DNA of 50,055 nucleotides, from the NCBI GenBank assembly GCA_051439505.1, contig JBFRWI010000033.1:1-50055 (forward strand), written 5' to 3'. Under the pieces are notes generated by a model. The model had not been told where the DNA came from and ran no database searches. It saw only the letters and a list, made by a program, of their open reading frames with translations. Origin of the DNA: Hormoscilla sp. (GTDB lineage Bacteria; Cyanobacteriota; Cyanobacteriia; Cyanobacteriales; Desertifilaceae). The position numbers were made by a program, and so were the translations under genes. Of the stretch, positions 48,819-50,055 are shown in pieces (the first letter of the stretch is position 1; each line of letters starts with the position of its first letter).

Positions 48819-49000
48819 CTGTGCTATAATTTTACCTGAAGTAAGATCGCCTGTGAACAGCCCGAATGTCAAAGCGAGCGATCGCGTGGCTTGACAATAA
48901 TTACAGCATGTGACATAATTGTGACAGCATGGGGAATAATGGCTGGAAAGCTATCCCCCGATCGCCCATGCTAAAGCAAGGTGGGCAGTGCCCACCCTAC
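48819..49000 (+). repeat. Direct repeat copy 1 (copy 2 at 49792-49978), containing TTGACA-N17-CATAAT and a GGAA-tetraloop hairpin
   Basis: About 90 bp almost identical core, diverged 5' part, each copy ending in a GTAG-REP. Confidence 0.9.
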
Positions 49001-49012
49001 ATGAATTGCTAC

Positions 49013-49042
49013 TTGACAGTCCGATCGGGTATTTGTTATCAT
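49013..49042 (+). promoter_or_regulatory. Putative promoter TTGACA-N18-TATCAT with extended -10 TG
   Basis: 35 bp upstream of ATG 49077. Confidence 0.5.
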
Positions 49043-49076
49043 AGAGCTAGTGGGCTAGAAGAGAAGGAAGTAAAAT

Positions 49077-49685
49077 ATGGCAGCTATAGATCGAGCGTCA
49101 CAGGAACAAGTGTTAGCATTTGAGCAAGCAAAACAGAAAATACTAAAATGTAAGCTGTCTAGAACGCCAGATGAAGATTATTACTTGGAACAGATTTTAG
49201 AAAATCTAGATATGATGACAGCTTTTTATTCCTATGGGAATGGAGATATTTATGTAGAACATAATCTTGATTTGCGTCGAGAACAGATTTTCATGAACCG
49301 TTACCAGCATATTTTCATGCAAGAAATGAAAATATATTTGGAGATTGAAAGTAGGTCGGAGAACAAGAATGGTTATGGTCTAGGTGCGTTTGTTACTGAT
49401 ATATGGTACGACTGCTTGTACATGTATGAGTTAATTGGCGTGAAAAAAAGTGTTAATTGGGAAGGGGTTTACTATAAGCTTTTTCAAATAGAGCCTCACT
49501 ATTATATTCTCAGGAAAGGTTTGATAGAAGAAGATGAGGAGAACCCGTTATTTAAAATCGCTACTATATCTACAGAAATGGGAGCGCTATTAGTGAGGAT
49601 TATGAAAGAAGAGTGGCTTTCAGATATTGGTGAAATTCATTCCGTATTGAAAGAGTTTTTTGAAAGTTTAGGATTCGTTGTATGA
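49077..49685 (+). CDS. AT-rich hypothetical protein
   Basis: AAGGAAG RBS, 202-aa ORF, no recognisable motif. Confidence 0.75.
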   Translation: MAAIDRASQEQVLAFEQAKQKILKCKLSRTPDEDYYLEQILENLDMMTAFYSYGNGDIYVEHNLDLRREQIFMNRYQHIFMQEMKIYLEIESRSENKNGYGLGAFVTDIWYDCLYMYELIGVKKSVNWEGVYYKLFQIEPHYYILRKGLIEEDEENPLFKIATISTEMGALLVRIMKEEWLSDIGEIHSVLKEFFESLGFVV

Positions 49686-49791
49686 ACGGGTAAAATTACA
49701 TAATCCAGAGCGTCTGTTGGTTCATGACAATTTACATCTATCGGGAATTCAGGTGAAAAATGTAAGTTGTATGCAGTTTGGAGTAAAACCA

Positions 49792-49978
49792 CTGTGCTAC
49801 CATTTTACCTGATAAGAATCGCCTGCGATAGGCCAGAATGTCCCGCGCGAGCGATCGCGTGGCTTGACAAAAATTACAGCATGTGACATAATTGTGACAG
49901 CATGGGGAATAATGGCTGGAAAGCTATCCCCCGATCGCCAGTTCCCCAATCCCATAAGGTGGGCAGTGCCCACCCTAC
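49792..49978 (+). repeat. Direct repeat copy 2
   Basis: Matches 48819-49000; preceded at 49713-49742 by a copy of the P450 start region (48488-48517). Confidence 0.9.
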
Positions 49979-49981
49979 TTT

Positions 49982-50055
49982 AATGCTTTCAGTCGGTTTT
50001 AACCGACTTTAGCTATTAGCCGGGGGTTTGAACCCCCGGCGGTCTAACAGCGAAG
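49982..50055 (-). repeat. Double-hairpin dispersed repeat copy
   Basis: Reverse complement of the 23601-23665 and 4952-5013 unit. Confidence 0.85.

Overview
Chromosomal segment of a cyanobacterium, probably a filamentous Oscillatoriales-type and plausibly marine or halotolerant. This rests on very frequent HIP1 GCGATCGC octamers, heptamer STRR tracts, psbC/pcyA/ycf34/cphAB and a ProU-type betaine transporter. The core genes are patD, rel, selO, a stand-alone psbC paralogue, tRNA-Gly(CCC), an RND pump, tsaB, ycf34, a tRNA nucleotidyltransferase, pcyA, cphBA, proVWX, trmD and ispF. They are interleaved with accessory DNA dominated by local tandem duplication: proX x3, Ser/Thr kinase x2, ABC binding protein x2, hypothetical x2, and 2.5 copies of an uncharacterised 'degenerate nuclease-fold + PIN' gene pair with patchy hypervariable segments. 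There is also a block of three PIN-type toxin-antitoxin pairs. Two unannotated, highly structured ~200-nt non-coding RNA candidates stand out: one directly downstream of tRNA-Gly, and one with its own consensus promoter and terminator at 23.7-23.9 kb. Other points are several MITE/REP families (one with a 9-bp target duplication and an empty site in the same window), a P450 lacking the acid-alcohol pair, and three or four single-lesion broken genes. No CRISPR array, rRNA, integrase or transposase was seen. All family calls are from motif recognition, not database searches.
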